Shown: positions 7,657 through 16,646 of the stretch, piece after piece | Layout of the letters: the number at the start of each line of letters is the position of its first letter | How positions within the stretch are numbered: the stretch's first letter is position 1 | Assembly: GCA_051418015.1 (NCBI GenBank) | Contig: JBPRGF010000017.1 | Coordinates: forward strand, 311,706 to 375,705 | DNA length: 64,000 nt | Direction: 5' to 3' | Origin: Candidatus Nitrospinota bacterium M3_3B_026 | Lineage (GTDB): Bacteria; Nitrospinota_A; UBA7883; JBPRGF01 | Notes under the pieces: model-generated | Databases searched by the model: none | What the model saw: only the letters and a program-made list of their open reading frames with translations | What the model was told of the DNA's origin: nothing | Program-made: the position numbers and the translations under genes

Positions 7657-9654
7657 TCAGGCCGGTTGGGCGGCGTGGCGGGCGAGGAACCTTTTCTTTT
7701 CGCGCCGGTCGGGCCACATGGCCAATATGGCGCCGATGGACATCATCAGCCCGCCGAGCCACAGCCACTTGACGAGAGGGTTTATGTGCACCTTGAAGGT
7801 GGCGGAGCCGTCCTCGTTCAGGGCGGCGAAGATTACGTAGAGGTCTTCTATATAGGTGGTGTGAATCGCCACCTCCGAAGTGGGCTGGGGCTGGGTGTCG
7901 CCCCTTATGCCCTTCATGTAATGGATGTTCCTCTCCGGCAGGACGTAGCCGATCTTCTCCCCGTCCTTTTCCACGAGCAGCGTGGCGCTGAAGCTCTCCA
8001 GCGTCTCCTTCGGCTTTTCGTAGTCGTACTTGTAGAAGGTCAGGGTGTAGTCCTTTATCTGTATTTTGTCACCCGGCCGGATGTTCGCCTCCGTCTCCTG
8101 GTTGAACCACGAGCCGGTGAAGCCCATGAAGGCGAAGATGACCCCGATGTGGATGATGTAGCCGCCGTAGCGCCTCTTGTTCCTCCAGAGCAGGTTCGCC
8201 GCGGCCAGCAGGAGGTTCTCCTTCGCCGAGACGGCGCGGGCGCGGACGCCCCTGGCCGTGTCCATCAGGATCGTAGACGCCACGAACAGGCAGATGGTGA
8301 GGCTTATCCAGGGCAGCGGGTCGCGGACGCCGAGGATGGCTATGGCCGCGCCCCCGATGATCGTGACCGCCGCCGGGGTGAGGAAGTTTTTCTCTGTGTT
8401 CCTCCAGCTGGCCTTGCGCCAGGCGATGAGGGGGCATATCCCGGTGAGGGTCAGCAGCGCAAGGCCGATGGGCCCCATCACCTGGTTGAAAAAGGGCGGG
8501 CCGACGGTGATCTCACGCCCAGCGAAAAGCTCCGATATCCTCGGGAACATCGTCCCCCAGAAGACCGCGAAGGCCGCGCCGACGAGCAGGAGATTGTTGA
8601 ACAGAAAGGAGGCCTCCCGGGAGAGCACCGAGTCCAGCCTGTTCTCGCTTCGAAGCAGCGGCAGGCGGGTCACTATCATGTAGGTGGAGAAGGCGATTAT
8701 CACCAGCAAAAAGACCAGGAAGAAAGACCCCACCGTCGACTCGCCGAAGGAGTGGACGGAGGATATCAGCCCCGAGCGGGTGAGGAACGTTCCGAAGATG
8801 GTCAGCGCGAAGGTGGCCGTCACCAGCGTCATGTTCCAGGTCTTGAGCATGTCCTTTTTCTCCTGGATCATGACAGAGTGCAGGAAAGCCGTGCCCGTAA
8901 GCCACGGCATGAACGAGGCGTTCTCCACCGGGTCCCACGCCCAATAGCCGCCCCAGCCAAGCTCCACGTAGGCCCAGTTGGCCCCCAGCAGGTTGCCCAG
9001 GGTCAGGAAGAGCCAGGCGAAGATGGTCCACCTGCGGGTGGTGCGTATCCAGACGTCGCCGAGCTGGCCGGTGATGAGCGCGGACATGGCAAAGGCGTAG
9101 GGGATGGTGAAGGCCACGAACCCGACGTAGAGCGTCGGCGGGTGGAAGATCATCCCAGGGTTCTGCAGCATGGGGTTCAGCCCGTGCCCGTCGGGGGGCA
9201 GGACGGGCATTTTCTCGAAGACAGGCGAGGCGAAGACCATCAGCGAGGCGAACAGCACCAGCGTCACCGATATCATCGATACCACGTATGGCATCAGCGC
9301 GCGGTTCATGGCGCGGTTCTGCCAGACGACGATCACCGAAAAAAGCCCCAGCATCCACGCCCACAAAAGCAGCGAGCCCTTCTGCCCGGCCCAGAAGGCC
9401 GAAAGGGTGTAGAAAGGGTTAAGCTCCCTGTTGGTGTAACTGTATATGTACTCTATGGAGAAATCGTTGGTGTAAAGCGCGTAGAGCAGCGCCGCGGAGG
9501 CCAGGGTGTGCAGCGTAAAGACGGAGACCAGCGCGTACTCCGAGCTTTTCACCATCCGCGCCGAGCCGGTCCTCCCTCCCCACGCGGACACCACCGCCGC
9601 GTAGACAGAGACCATCAGGGACAGGACCAGCGAGTACTCGCCTATCTCTATCAT
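7657..9654 (-). CDS. ccmF: Cytochrome c heme lyase CcmF
   Basis: WGGYWAWDPVENASFMPW, HPP, SVHSF; many TM helices. Confidence 0.96.
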   Translation of the reverse strand: MIEIGEYSLVLSLMVSVYAAVVSAWGGRTGSARMVKSSEYALVSVFTLHTLASAALLYALYTNDFSIEYIYSYTNRELNPFYTLSAFWAGQKGSLLLWAWMLGLFSVIVVWQNRAMNRALMPYVVSMISVTLVLFASLMVFASPVFEKMPVLPPDGHGLNPMLQNPGMIFHPPTLYVGFVAFTIPYAFAMSALITGQLGDVWIRTTRRWTIFAWLFLTLGNLLGANWAYVELGWGGYWAWDPVENASFMPWLTGTAFLHSVMIQEKKDMLKTWNMTLVTATFALTIFGTFLTRSGLISSVHSFGESTVGSFFLVFLLVIIAFSTYMIVTRLPLLRSENRLDSVLSREASFLFNNLLLVGAAFAVFWGTMFPRISELFAGREITVGPPFFNQVMGPIGLALLTLTGICPLIAWRKASWRNTEKNFLTPAAVTIIGGAAIAILGVRDPLPWISLTICLFVASTILMDTARGVRARAVSAKENLLLAAANLLWRNKRRYGGYIIHIGVIFAFMGFTGSWFNQETEANIRPGDKIQIKDYTLTFYKYDYEKPKETLESFSATLLVEKDGEKIGYVLPERNIHYMKGIRGDTQPQPTSEVAIHTTYIEDLYVIFAALNEDGSATFKVHINPLVKWLWLGGLMMSIGAILAMWPDRREKKRFLARHAAQPA

Positions 9655-9771
9655 TTCAAAAAACCTTCAATACGGCCGTCGTGGCGCGGCGGACAGAGCG
9701 GGGAGCGCCGTCCGGTTCTGAAAATATGAGCGCCGCGAAAAGCCTTCGTCAGTATGAGCCGGGTCTCTTCG

Positions 9772-10203
9772 TCAGACGGACCCTTCCACCTCTTTGGAGG
9801 CCTCGTACTTGGATGGGCAGCTCGTAAGGAGCTTCGTGGCGATGAACTTGCCGCTCTTGTCGAGCGTTCCCTCCACCACCACGTCTATGCCGTCCTGGAA
9901 CATGTCCGGCGTCACACCCTTGTAGTAAACCGGAATGGACTTGTCCGACTCGTCGGTTATGTTGAAAAGCAACTCCAGATCCGCCGTGTTCCTCTCTATG
10001 GAGCCTTCCACGACCCTGCCCTCGAGCCGCAACGAGGCCCCTTGGGCGCCCTGGCCCATGTCGAGGACCTCGGACACCTTGTAATAGTAGGAGCCGCTGG
10101 CCTTCACGCCGGTGTACATCAAGTACCCTATGGCGGCCACAAGTATCGCCGCGCCGGCCAGGAATTTCTTCTGGGCCGCGCCGGGCTTCGCGGATTTCGC
10201 CAT
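9772..10203 (-). CDS. ccmE: Heme chaperone CcmE, CxxxY variant
   Basis: N-terminal TM helix, OB-fold pattern, PDMFQDG..VVVEG, C-terminal CPSKY. Confidence 0.92.
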   Translation of the reverse strand: MAKSAKPGAAQKKFLAGAAILVAAIGYLMYTGVKASGSYYYKVSEVLDMGQGAQGASLRLEGRVVEGSIERNTADLELLFNITDESDKSIPVYYKGVTPDMFQDGIDVVVEGTLDKSGKFIATKLLTSCPSKYEASKEVEGSV

Positions 10204-10241
10204 CAAACCTCCATGAGACTGCTTTGACGCTCTACATCAAA

Positions 10242-10270
10242 ATCGTATACCAGCCGCGCCGGGCTTTCAA
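10242..10270 (-). promoter_or_regulatory. Sigma70-type promoter for ccmEF
   Basis: TTGAAA-N17-TACGAT on the minus strand. Confidence 0.5.
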
Positions 10271-10494
10271 CATTTTTCAGCTTTCCCGCCTCCGGAGGGG
10301 CCGATAAAGAAAGCTTGGCATAACCTGTCCCCAATCGTCCACTGGCGCCGTCCTGAACGGAGCCCGCGCCCAAAACGAAATGAAGGGACCGTCATCCTAA
10401 AGGCGCCGCGGACTGACTTCTTTTGCGGTTCGGGTGTATAATCGCCACCGGGAAAGGTTTTCCGTCATCCAGGCTATACACCGGTTTCGAGAGC

Positions 10495-11073
10495 ATGGAA
10501 GATTCTTTCAAAAGACCCGCCGCGGTCACTATCATCGGGATGCTTTACGTCCTGTTCGGCTCCCTCCTCGCGACCGGCTCCGCGCTGAACTTCGCGATGA
10601 TGCGCCACCTGTCGCCCATGATCCCCCCGGGCGCTCTCAGGGGCCGCCGCCGCGGCGGCATGGAGGGGGCGCATGAGGACATCAGGCTCATGTTCGATTT
10701 TCTCGACGGCGTTTTCGCCTATCGCGACCTCATCACGGCCGCCGTGTTCGCGACGGGTGTCGTGATGGTCTTCGCGGCCGTTGGCTTTCTGAGGCTGCGC
10801 CCCTGGGGGAGGACGACGCTGGAGGCGATAACGTGGCTTGTGTTCGCGGGCGTGCTTTGCACGGGTCTGTTCTGGCTGGGCATGATGTTCTCCATCCGCG
10901 GCGCGGCGGTCCCGGAGGCGGGGCGGATGGCGGAGGAGTTCCCCTTCACCCCGAGGCTCTTCGGCTCGCTGATGATGGTCTTCGGCGGAGTCATGACGCT
11001 GATCCACACCGCCATCCCGGGGGTTTTCATCCTGCTTCTGAGGATGAAGTCTGTCAGGGAGGCGATGCGCTGA
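10495..11073 (+). CDS. 4-TM membrane protein of unknown function
   Basis: Four hydrophobic segments; KRPAAVTIIG start, PWGRTTLEAITW, ends VREAMR. Confidence 0.7.
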   Translation: MEDSFKRPAAVTIIGMLYVLFGSLLATGSALNFAMMRHLSPMIPPGALRGRRRGGMEGAHEDIRLMFDFLDGVFAYRDLITAAVFATGVVMVFAAVGFLRLRPWGRTTLEAITWLVFAGVLCTGLFWLGMMFSIRGAAVPEAGRMAEEFPFTPRLFGSLMMVFGGVMTLIHTAIPGVFILLLRMKSVREAMR

Positions 11074-11603
11074 TGTTGAGATTCCAGCCCCCCGGAGAGG
11101 CCCCTCCGGCCGTCCTGATCCTGGGCTGGTCCTGCGTCCTCGTCGCGGCTTTCGTCCTGATAAGCAACGCGGGCGAGCTTATGGGCGGCTACAGGCCGGT
11201 CTCCGTCATGCTGTGGGGGAGCGGAAAACTTCACGACGCCCTGATGAGCAGGATGCCGCTCCACATCGAGAACTGGCTCCTTTTCCGGACGCTCTCGAAC
11301 ATCCTCCAGATAGCCGCCATGTCCGCGGCGGTCTTCGCCGCGCTCAAGTTCCTCCAGCTGAAGGAGTGGGGCAGGCGCTTCCTGGAGCAGGTGATCTGGT
11401 TCGAGTTGGTCTTCCAGGCCAGCTCCAGGCTCTACTACCTGGTCAACATATCAAGCTTCGTCCCCGCCGAGGCCGCCGCCCAGGCCGGGGGCTCCGGCCC
11501 CGTCACGACATGGATGGTGGCCGGGCTCGGCTCCTGGGTGATATTCTGCGCGCTCGTTCTCTGGTACCTTTCGAGCGGCAGGGTAAAAGACGCCATGCGA
11601 TGA
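11073..11603 (+). CDS. 4-TM membrane protein, paralog of the upstream gene
   Basis: TGATG overlap; PPAVLILG, EWGRRFLEQVIW, ends VKDAMR. Confidence 0.7.
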   Translation: MLRFQPPGEAPPAVLILGWSCVLVAAFVLISNAGELMGGYRPVSVMLWGSGKLHDALMSRMPLHIENWLLFRTLSNILQIAAMSAAVFAALKFLQLKEWGRRFLEQVIWFELVFQASSRLYYLVNISSFVPAEAAAQAGGSGPVTTWMVAGLGSWVIFCALVLWYLSSGRVKDAMR

Positions 11604-11745
11604 GCGCGGCGCCGCCGGGCGGGGGCTGGTTTGCCCTTGCGCCATGCCCGTATTTTTGCTCTACTTTGCTGGGGAAAGGCTATGACAAACCGGCCGCGCC
11701 CTTTTATTCATCGCGCTTGAGAAACCCGCTTCATCCAGGGACGTC

Positions 11746-12588
11746 ATGAGAGGCCGCTTCGCTCTGGACGCAAGACGCCCCCCGGTCATCATCCTGGGGA
11801 TGCACCGCTCCGGCACGTCCATGCTCGCGGGGCTGCTGAAAGAGCTCGGGGTGAGCATGGGGTGGAGCAAGCGGCACAACGAATCGGTCCTTTTCCAGAG
11901 GCTGAACATCGCCGTGGAGCGCGCCCTCAACGCGGGGTGGGACAGCCCGGAGAGCTACCGCTGGCTTTCCGTCTGCCACGGCAAAAAAGACGAGTTGCTG
12001 GCATGGCTCAAGAAAAGGGTTGAGGGCGCGCGGGGAGGGCTTTATTTCGGCAGGCTCGGGCCTCTCGCTTTCAAGCGGGTAAGCTCTATCGACGGACCCT
12101 GGGGCTGGAAGGACCCGCGCAACACCTTCACCTTCGACCTGTGGCGCGAGATATTCCCCGGCGCAAAGGTTATACACATCATGCGAAACGGCGTGGACGT
12201 GGCCGCGAGCCTGCGCAAAAGGGAGACGGAGAACCCGCCGCGGCTTTTCAGCGTCTATTCGTCCTTTCGCGCCTGCTCGCTGGAAGGGGGGTTCTCGCTC
12301 TGGAAAGCCTATGTGGAGAGAGCGCGCTCCATCGTCCCGGACGGCGGTGAAAAAGACATCCTCCATCTGCGCTACGAGGATTTCCTGTCGGCCCCCGCCG
12401 GGCGCCTCGGCGAGATCCTCGATTTCATAGGCGCGTCCGCGCCGCGCGGGGCGATCGAACGGGCGGTAAGCGAGGTGGACACATCGCGGCTCTACCCTTT
12501 CCTCGGCGACGGGGAGCTGCGCGCCTTTTACGAGAGCGTAAGGAACGACCCTTTGATGAAAGACCTTGGCTACGGCGAAATAGGCTGA
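11746..12588 (+). CDS. PAPS-dependent sulfotransferase family protein
   Basis: GMHRSGTS 5'-PSB loop, WGWKDPR, RNGVDVAAS 3'-PB motif, LRYEDF. Confidence 0.88.
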   Translation: MRGRFALDARRPPVIILGMHRSGTSMLAGLLKELGVSMGWSKRHNESVLFQRLNIAVERALNAGWDSPESYRWLSVCHGKKDELLAWLKKRVEGARGGLYFGRLGPLAFKRVSSIDGPWGWKDPRNTFTFDLWREIFPGAKVIHIMRNGVDVAASLRKRETENPPRLFSVYSSFRACSLEGGFSLWKAYVERARSIVPDGGEKDILHLRYEDFLSAPAGRLGEILDFIGASAPRGAIERAVSEVDTSRLYPFLGDGELRAFYESVRNDPLMKDLGYGEIG

Positions 12589-12598
12589 GGATTTTGCG

Positions 12599-13459
12599 AT
12601 GAGCCGGAAAGAGAACGCGGAGCTTTGCGTCCTGATATTGCAGCACAACTCCACGGATCTCACGTTGAATCTGCTGGAAAGTGTCGTTCAACATGAGCGG
12701 GAAAACCTCGGCGGGTACCGCTTCATCCTGATGGACAACGCCTCCGACGACCCTGGAGAGAAGACGATAAAGCGCCGGTTCCCTTTCGTGGAGTTCGTCC
12801 GGTTCGATGAGAACCTCGGCTTCGCCCGGGCGCACAACAGGATATGGCCCAGCGTCAAGGAGGAGTGGGCCCTGCTCCTCAACAACGACTGCGTCCTTTT
12901 AAACGACGCCATATCCAGAACCCTCGGCAAAACCAAAGAGCTGTCCGCGGACTTCGCCACCTGCGCGGTCTTCAACGAGGACATGACGCCCCAGGTAAAC
13001 TTCCACCTGTCAGAGCTCCCAACGTCCCTGTGGGAGTACCTCCGCCACGTGACCGGCCTGCAGAGCCTGCTTCTGAACAGGATGAAGCTGAGAAAAGAGA
13101 ATGTACGGCTGGATTACGCCAGCGGAACGTTCCTGCTCATCCGGCGGGACGTCTTCACGAAGGCGGGGATGTTCGACGAGAGCCATTTCATGTACGGCGA
13201 GGACGTAGACCTCATGTTTCGCCTGAAAAAGATGGGAGCGGAGGGATACCGCTTCGCCGGCGGAAAGGTGGTCCACCTGAACCAGGCCAGCTCGAAAAGA
13301 AAGTGGGACGACGAGACCATCTACCAGACAAGGAAAAGGGAGCGGGAGCGGATATTCCTGCGCTACATGCCCGCGTGGAGGGTCCGGCTCTGGCAGTTTC
13401 TGAACGATCTGCGGCGGGCGGCGATCAGGACCGCCGGAAGACGCCCGCCGGGGTCATGA
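12599..13459 (+). CDS. GT2-family glycosyltransferase (WbbL/rhamnosyltransferase-like)
   Basis: DNASDD, NLGFARAHN, LLNND, FMYGEDVDL. Confidence 0.9.
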   Translation: MSRKENAELCVLILQHNSTDLTLNLLESVVQHERENLGGYRFILMDNASDDPGEKTIKRRFPFVEFVRFDENLGFARAHNRIWPSVKEEWALLLNNDCVLLNDAISRTLGKTKELSADFATCAVFNEDMTPQVNFHLSELPTSLWEYLRHVTGLQSLLLNRMKLRKENVRLDYASGTFLLIRRDVFTKAGMFDESHFMYGEDVDLMFRLKKMGAEGYRFAGGKVVHLNQASSKRKWDDETIYQTRKRERERIFLRYMPAWRVRLWQFLNDLRRAAIRTAGRRPPGS

Positions 13460-13516
13460 AAAAGGCGGCCCCGCCCGCAAGCGGAAGCCGCCCTTTATCC
13501 TGTCCCCGCGCCGGTT

Positions 13517-13855
13517 TTAAAGGAACGGGTTGGCGTACAAAAGAAGCAGGACGATGACCAGCGTGTAGATGACCAGCGACTCGATAAGCGCAAGGCCGAT
13601 CAACATGCTGGTGAAGATGCGCCCGTAGAAGCCGGGGTTGCGGGACATCGCGCTCACCGCGCCGGAGACGGCGCTGCCCATCCCCACGCCGCCGCCTGCG
13701 GCGGCGAGGCCAAGGCCGATGACGCAGCCCAGGGCCACGTAGGTGTTGATCCCCCCTCCTCCTCCGGCTCCTCCCTCGGCGGCGAAGGCTTCCGGAGCGA
13801 TTAAAACTGCCGCCAGCGAACCGAGAACGGCGGCGATCATGCGACTTTTACTCAC
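13517..13855 (-). CDS. atpE: F-type ATP synthase subunit c with an N-terminal signal-like extension
   Basis: GTG start after GGGAGG; GLGLAAAGGGVGMG, RNP loop, LIESLVIY. Confidence 0.92.
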   Translation of the reverse strand: MSKSRMIAAVLGSLAAVLIAPEAFAAEGGAGGGGGINTYVALGCVIGLGLAAAGGGVGMGSAVSGAVSAMSRNPGFYGRIFTSMLIGLALIESLVIYTLVIVLLLLYANPFL

Positions 13856-13914
13856 CTTGAATATCCTCCCTGAGAAAAGAAAGCGTCTTTCCGTAATAAC
13901 TTTACGTTTCATGT

Positions 13915-14577
13915 TCAGTGCGCCTCCTCCAGCGCCCCTGCTATGTAAACCATCGAAAGCAGGATGAACACCACCGTCTGCAACACGCTTGTGAAGACAG
14001 CGAAGGCCATCATGAACATCGGCAGCACGAGCGGCACCAGGAAACCCAGCACAAGGATAACAAGCTCCTCGCCCCGGATGTTGCCGAAAAGCCGGACCGC
14101 CAGCGTCAGCGGCCTGGCCAGATGCGAGATGACCTCGATGGGAAACATCAGCGGCGCAAGCCACCAGACGGGGCCCATGAAGTGTTTTATGTATCCTGCC
14201 CCGTGCCTGCGGAAACCGGCCGCCTGGTAGACGATGAAAACCGTTATCGCCATGGCGAAGTTGGTGTTCACGTTCGCCGTGGGCGAGACGCACCCCGGCA
14301 CGAGCCCCAGAAGGTTGCCCACCAGGATGAAAAAGGCCAGCGCCCCTATCAGCGGGAAGAATACGCGGCCGTCCTTGCCTATCACGGAGTCCGTGAACTC
14401 CGCGAGTCCCACCACCGCCGTCTCGACCACGTTCTGCAGCCCGCCGGGGACGAGCCTGTACGCGCCACGCAAAAACAAGGCCAGCGCCATGAACCCGATC
14501 ATTATCACCCACGTGTAGGTAACGTGGGGGTAATGCTCCAGCCCCGGGATGACTATATAGTTAACAGGCTCTTTCAT
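13915..14577 (-). CDS. atpB: F-type ATP synthase subunit a
   Basis: GNLLGLVPG, ISHLARPLTLAVRLFGNI, LQTVVFILLSMVYI. Confidence 0.95.
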   Translation of the reverse strand: MKEPVNYIVIPGLEHYPHVTYTWVIMIGFMALALFLRGAYRLVPGGLQNVVETAVVGLAEFTDSVIGKDGRVFFPLIGALAFFILVGNLLGLVPGCVSPTANVNTNFAMAITVFIVYQAAGFRRHGAGYIKHFMGPVWWLAPLMFPIEVISHLARPLTLAVRLFGNIRGEELVILVLGFLVPLVLPMFMMAFAVFTSVLQTVVFILLSMVYIAGALEEAH

Positions 14578-14953
14578 ACTCCTCCCCTCCGGCCCCAAGG
14601 CCCTTGGCGGCGAACCAGCCGAAGATGGCCGCCGCCGTCGTGGAAAGGCCGATGGCCAGCGCGATGAAGTTGATCCAACCCATCGCGTTGAACACGTACA
14701 GGGCCGCGGCGAAAACGGCGAACCGCAGGTAAAAAGAAACCACCGTCATGGCCCTGGCCGCCGCGGGGGCCGGTACATGCTCCAGCGTGAACCCCAGGAG
14801 CTTTTCCAGGAACACGAAGTTCACCAACGAAAAAAGGCACCCAAAGGTCGTGGAGAACGCCGCGTCGAACCTGCCGAAGGCAAGCGACGTCAGGCTCAGC
14901 GCAAGGCACAGCAAAACCAGCAACCTTCTCAAGCCGGTCACGTCTCTTGGCAT
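14561..14953 (-). CDS. atpI: ATP synthase subunit I
   Basis: 130-aa 4-TM protein directly upstream of atpB; NF..L...LRF pattern. Confidence 0.75.
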   Translation of the reverse strand: MPRDVTGLRRLLVLLCLALSLTSLAFGRFDAAFSTTFGCLFSLVNFVFLEKLLGFTLEHVPAPAAARAMTVVSFYLRFAVFAAALYVFNAMGWINFIALAIGLSTTAAAIFGWFAAKGLGAGGEEYERAC

Positions 14954-14973
14954 ATGGAGCGAATCCCCCTCGC

Positions 14974-15011
14974 AAAAAAAACGAAGCCGCGCAAGCCTTC
15001 CTCCGCGGCTT
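14974..15011 (-). terminator. Terminator-like hairpin between atpZ and atpI
   Basis: Minus strand AAGCCGCG-GAGGAAGGCTTG-CGCGGCTT, then CG and T8. Confidence 0.5.
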
Positions 15012-15041
15012 TTTCAAAACAGGAGCGCCCCCCCGGCGCCG

Positions 15042-15296
15042 TCACTCGTCCAACTCTCTGACGGCCTCCCTGTAGATATTCAGGAAGCCGGCCGCCACTC
15101 CGAGAACGATGAACAGCAGCATCAGCCACGGCTTCGTGCCGAGCCACCTGTCCAGCGCCAGCCCCAGGCCAGCGCCGATCAGGATGGAGACGACAAGCTG
15201 GACTCCAACGGTCCCCAAAAGGTAATACTTCCTGTAAGCCGCGAGCCCCGGCTCCCGCTCGTCCTTTTCCGGCCCGCGTTCTTCGGATCCTGGCAT
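15042..15296 (-). CDS. atpZ: AtpZ/AtpQ (ATPase_gene1) family protein
   Basis: GxxLGxxLDRWLGTKPW...GVAAGFLNIYR. Confidence 0.85.
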   Translation of the reverse strand: MPGSEERGPEKDEREPGLAAYRKYYLLGTVGVQLVVSILIGAGLGLALDRWLGTKPWLMLLFIVLGVAAGFLNIYREAVRELDE

Positions 15297-15362
15297 ACAA
15301 ACGTCCGATTTTCCGTCAAATCCGCTTACAACCAGGCCCGGCGTCCGTCAGCAAATTGGGAG

Positions 15363-15391
15363 ATGCTAACAGCAGACCGTTGGGGTGTCAA
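15363..15391 (-). promoter_or_regulatory. Sigma70 promoter of the Fo cluster
   Basis: TTGACA-N17-TAGCAT with a TG extended -10. Confidence 0.7.
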
Positions 15392-15420
15392 GGTTTTTTG
15401 GGAGCGGAAGAGCCGCCCCG

Positions 15421-16437
15421 TCACACACTCCTGTCCACGATGTAATCCGCGATAGCCCTCAGGGCCGCCGCGTCCCTGTTGAGCGGATCGAAACATGACA
15501 GGCTCAGCTTCGCCTCCTCCACGTAGGCCCGCGCAAGCTCCATCGTCTGCGAGAGCGCGCCGTGCCTTTTCAATATCTCGAGCGCCGCCTCGAAGCCGTC
15601 CCCGCCCGCGCGCTCGACGATCCGCCGGATGGTGTCCCTCTCGGCGCCATCCGCCGCCTCCAGCGCCCTGATCACCGGCAGGGTGATCTTCCCTTCGGCG
15701 AGGTCCGCCCCCAGAGGCTTGCCCCACGTCTTCGCGTCGCCCGTCCAGTCCAGGGCGTCGTCCACCATCTGGAATGCGATGCCGATGTTCCTGCCGTACT
15801 TCCCCAAGGCCTCCTCCACCTCACGGCCCGCCCCGCCGAGGATGGCGCCTACCCGCGCGCAGGCTTCCATCAGCGCGCCGGTCTTGCGGTATATCGTGTC
15901 CAGGTACTCCTCCTCGGTGATCCGAAGGTTGAGGGTGTTCGACAGCTGGAGAACCTCCCCCTCGGCAAGGCTCTTCGTGGCGCGGGATATCGCCTGGACC
16001 ACGCGGATGTCGCTGTCCGCGCTCATAAGCTGGAAGGACTTGGCGAACAGAAAATCGCCCACCAGCACCGACGCTTCGTTGCCGAACTTGACGTTGGCCG
16101 AGTCCGCCCCACGCCGCGTGTCCGCGCCGTCCACAACGTCATCGTGCAAAAGCGTGGCGGCGTGGATGTACTCGGCCACCACGGACATGGTAATGCTCCG
16201 GGGCGAGCCGGAAAGGCCGCAAAGACGCGAGGAGACTATGACAAGCAGGGGCCTTATCCTCTTGCCGCCGCCCCTGACGAGGTAGCCGCTGACGGCCGGG
16301 ATCATCGCCACGTCGGACTGGAAGTTCTTCCGGATCGCCTCCTCGACGCGCTCCAGGTCATCCCTGTAGTCCGCCGTGATTTCCTGGTAGCTCGCGCCCG
16401 CCAGGGGCCGCGCGCCCGCGCTGTGGGTATCCGACAA
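15421..16437 (-). CDS. ispB: Long-chain polyprenyl diphosphate synthase
   Basis: GGKRIRP, HAATLLHDDVVD...RRG, KTG, FQMVDDALD. Confidence 0.9.
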   Translation of the reverse strand: MSDTHSAGARPLAGASYQEITADYRDDLERVEEAIRKNFQSDVAMIPAVSGYLVRGGGKRIRPLLVIVSSRLCGLSGSPRSITMSVVAEYIHAATLLHDDVVDGADTRRGADSANVKFGNEASVLVGDFLFAKSFQLMSADSDIRVVQAISRATKSLAEGEVLQLSNTLNLRITEEEYLDTIYRKTGALMEACARVGAILGGAGREVEEALGKYGRNIGIAFQMVDDALDWTGDAKTWGKPLGADLAEGKITLPVIRALEAADGAERDTIRRIVERAGGDGFEAALEILKRHGALSQTMELARAYVEEAKLSLSCFDPLNRDAAALRAIADYIVDRSV

Positions 16438-16541
16438 CTCTAATTCCGCCTGCTAAGGGTGTAAGCTTCTCGAACGGCCGGGGGCCGCCACCGGCGCCGC
16501 CGCGGCGGGCGGAGCGCGGTATTCAAAGGTAAATTGGACTC

Positions 16542-16571
16542 AGTATGATGGAGAGCGTCGAGAGGTGTCAA
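16542..16571 (-). promoter_or_regulatory. Sigma70-type promoter for ispB
   Basis: TTGACA-N18-CATACT. Confidence 0.5.
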
Positions 16572-16646
16572 GCCGCAAAAAACCTCTCCGGCCTTCGGGC
16601 TCTCCCACCTTGACAAAGCTTCACCGGGAGCCTGGCGCCCCGGGGC

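Noticed and set aside
7627..9729. 700-aa plus-strand ORF opposite ccmF
   Set aside because: Antisense shadow of ccmF.
13856..14512. 331-aa ORF suggesting a fused or giant subunit c
   Set aside because: The upstream part overlaps atpB in another frame; the GTG at 13855 has a good SD.
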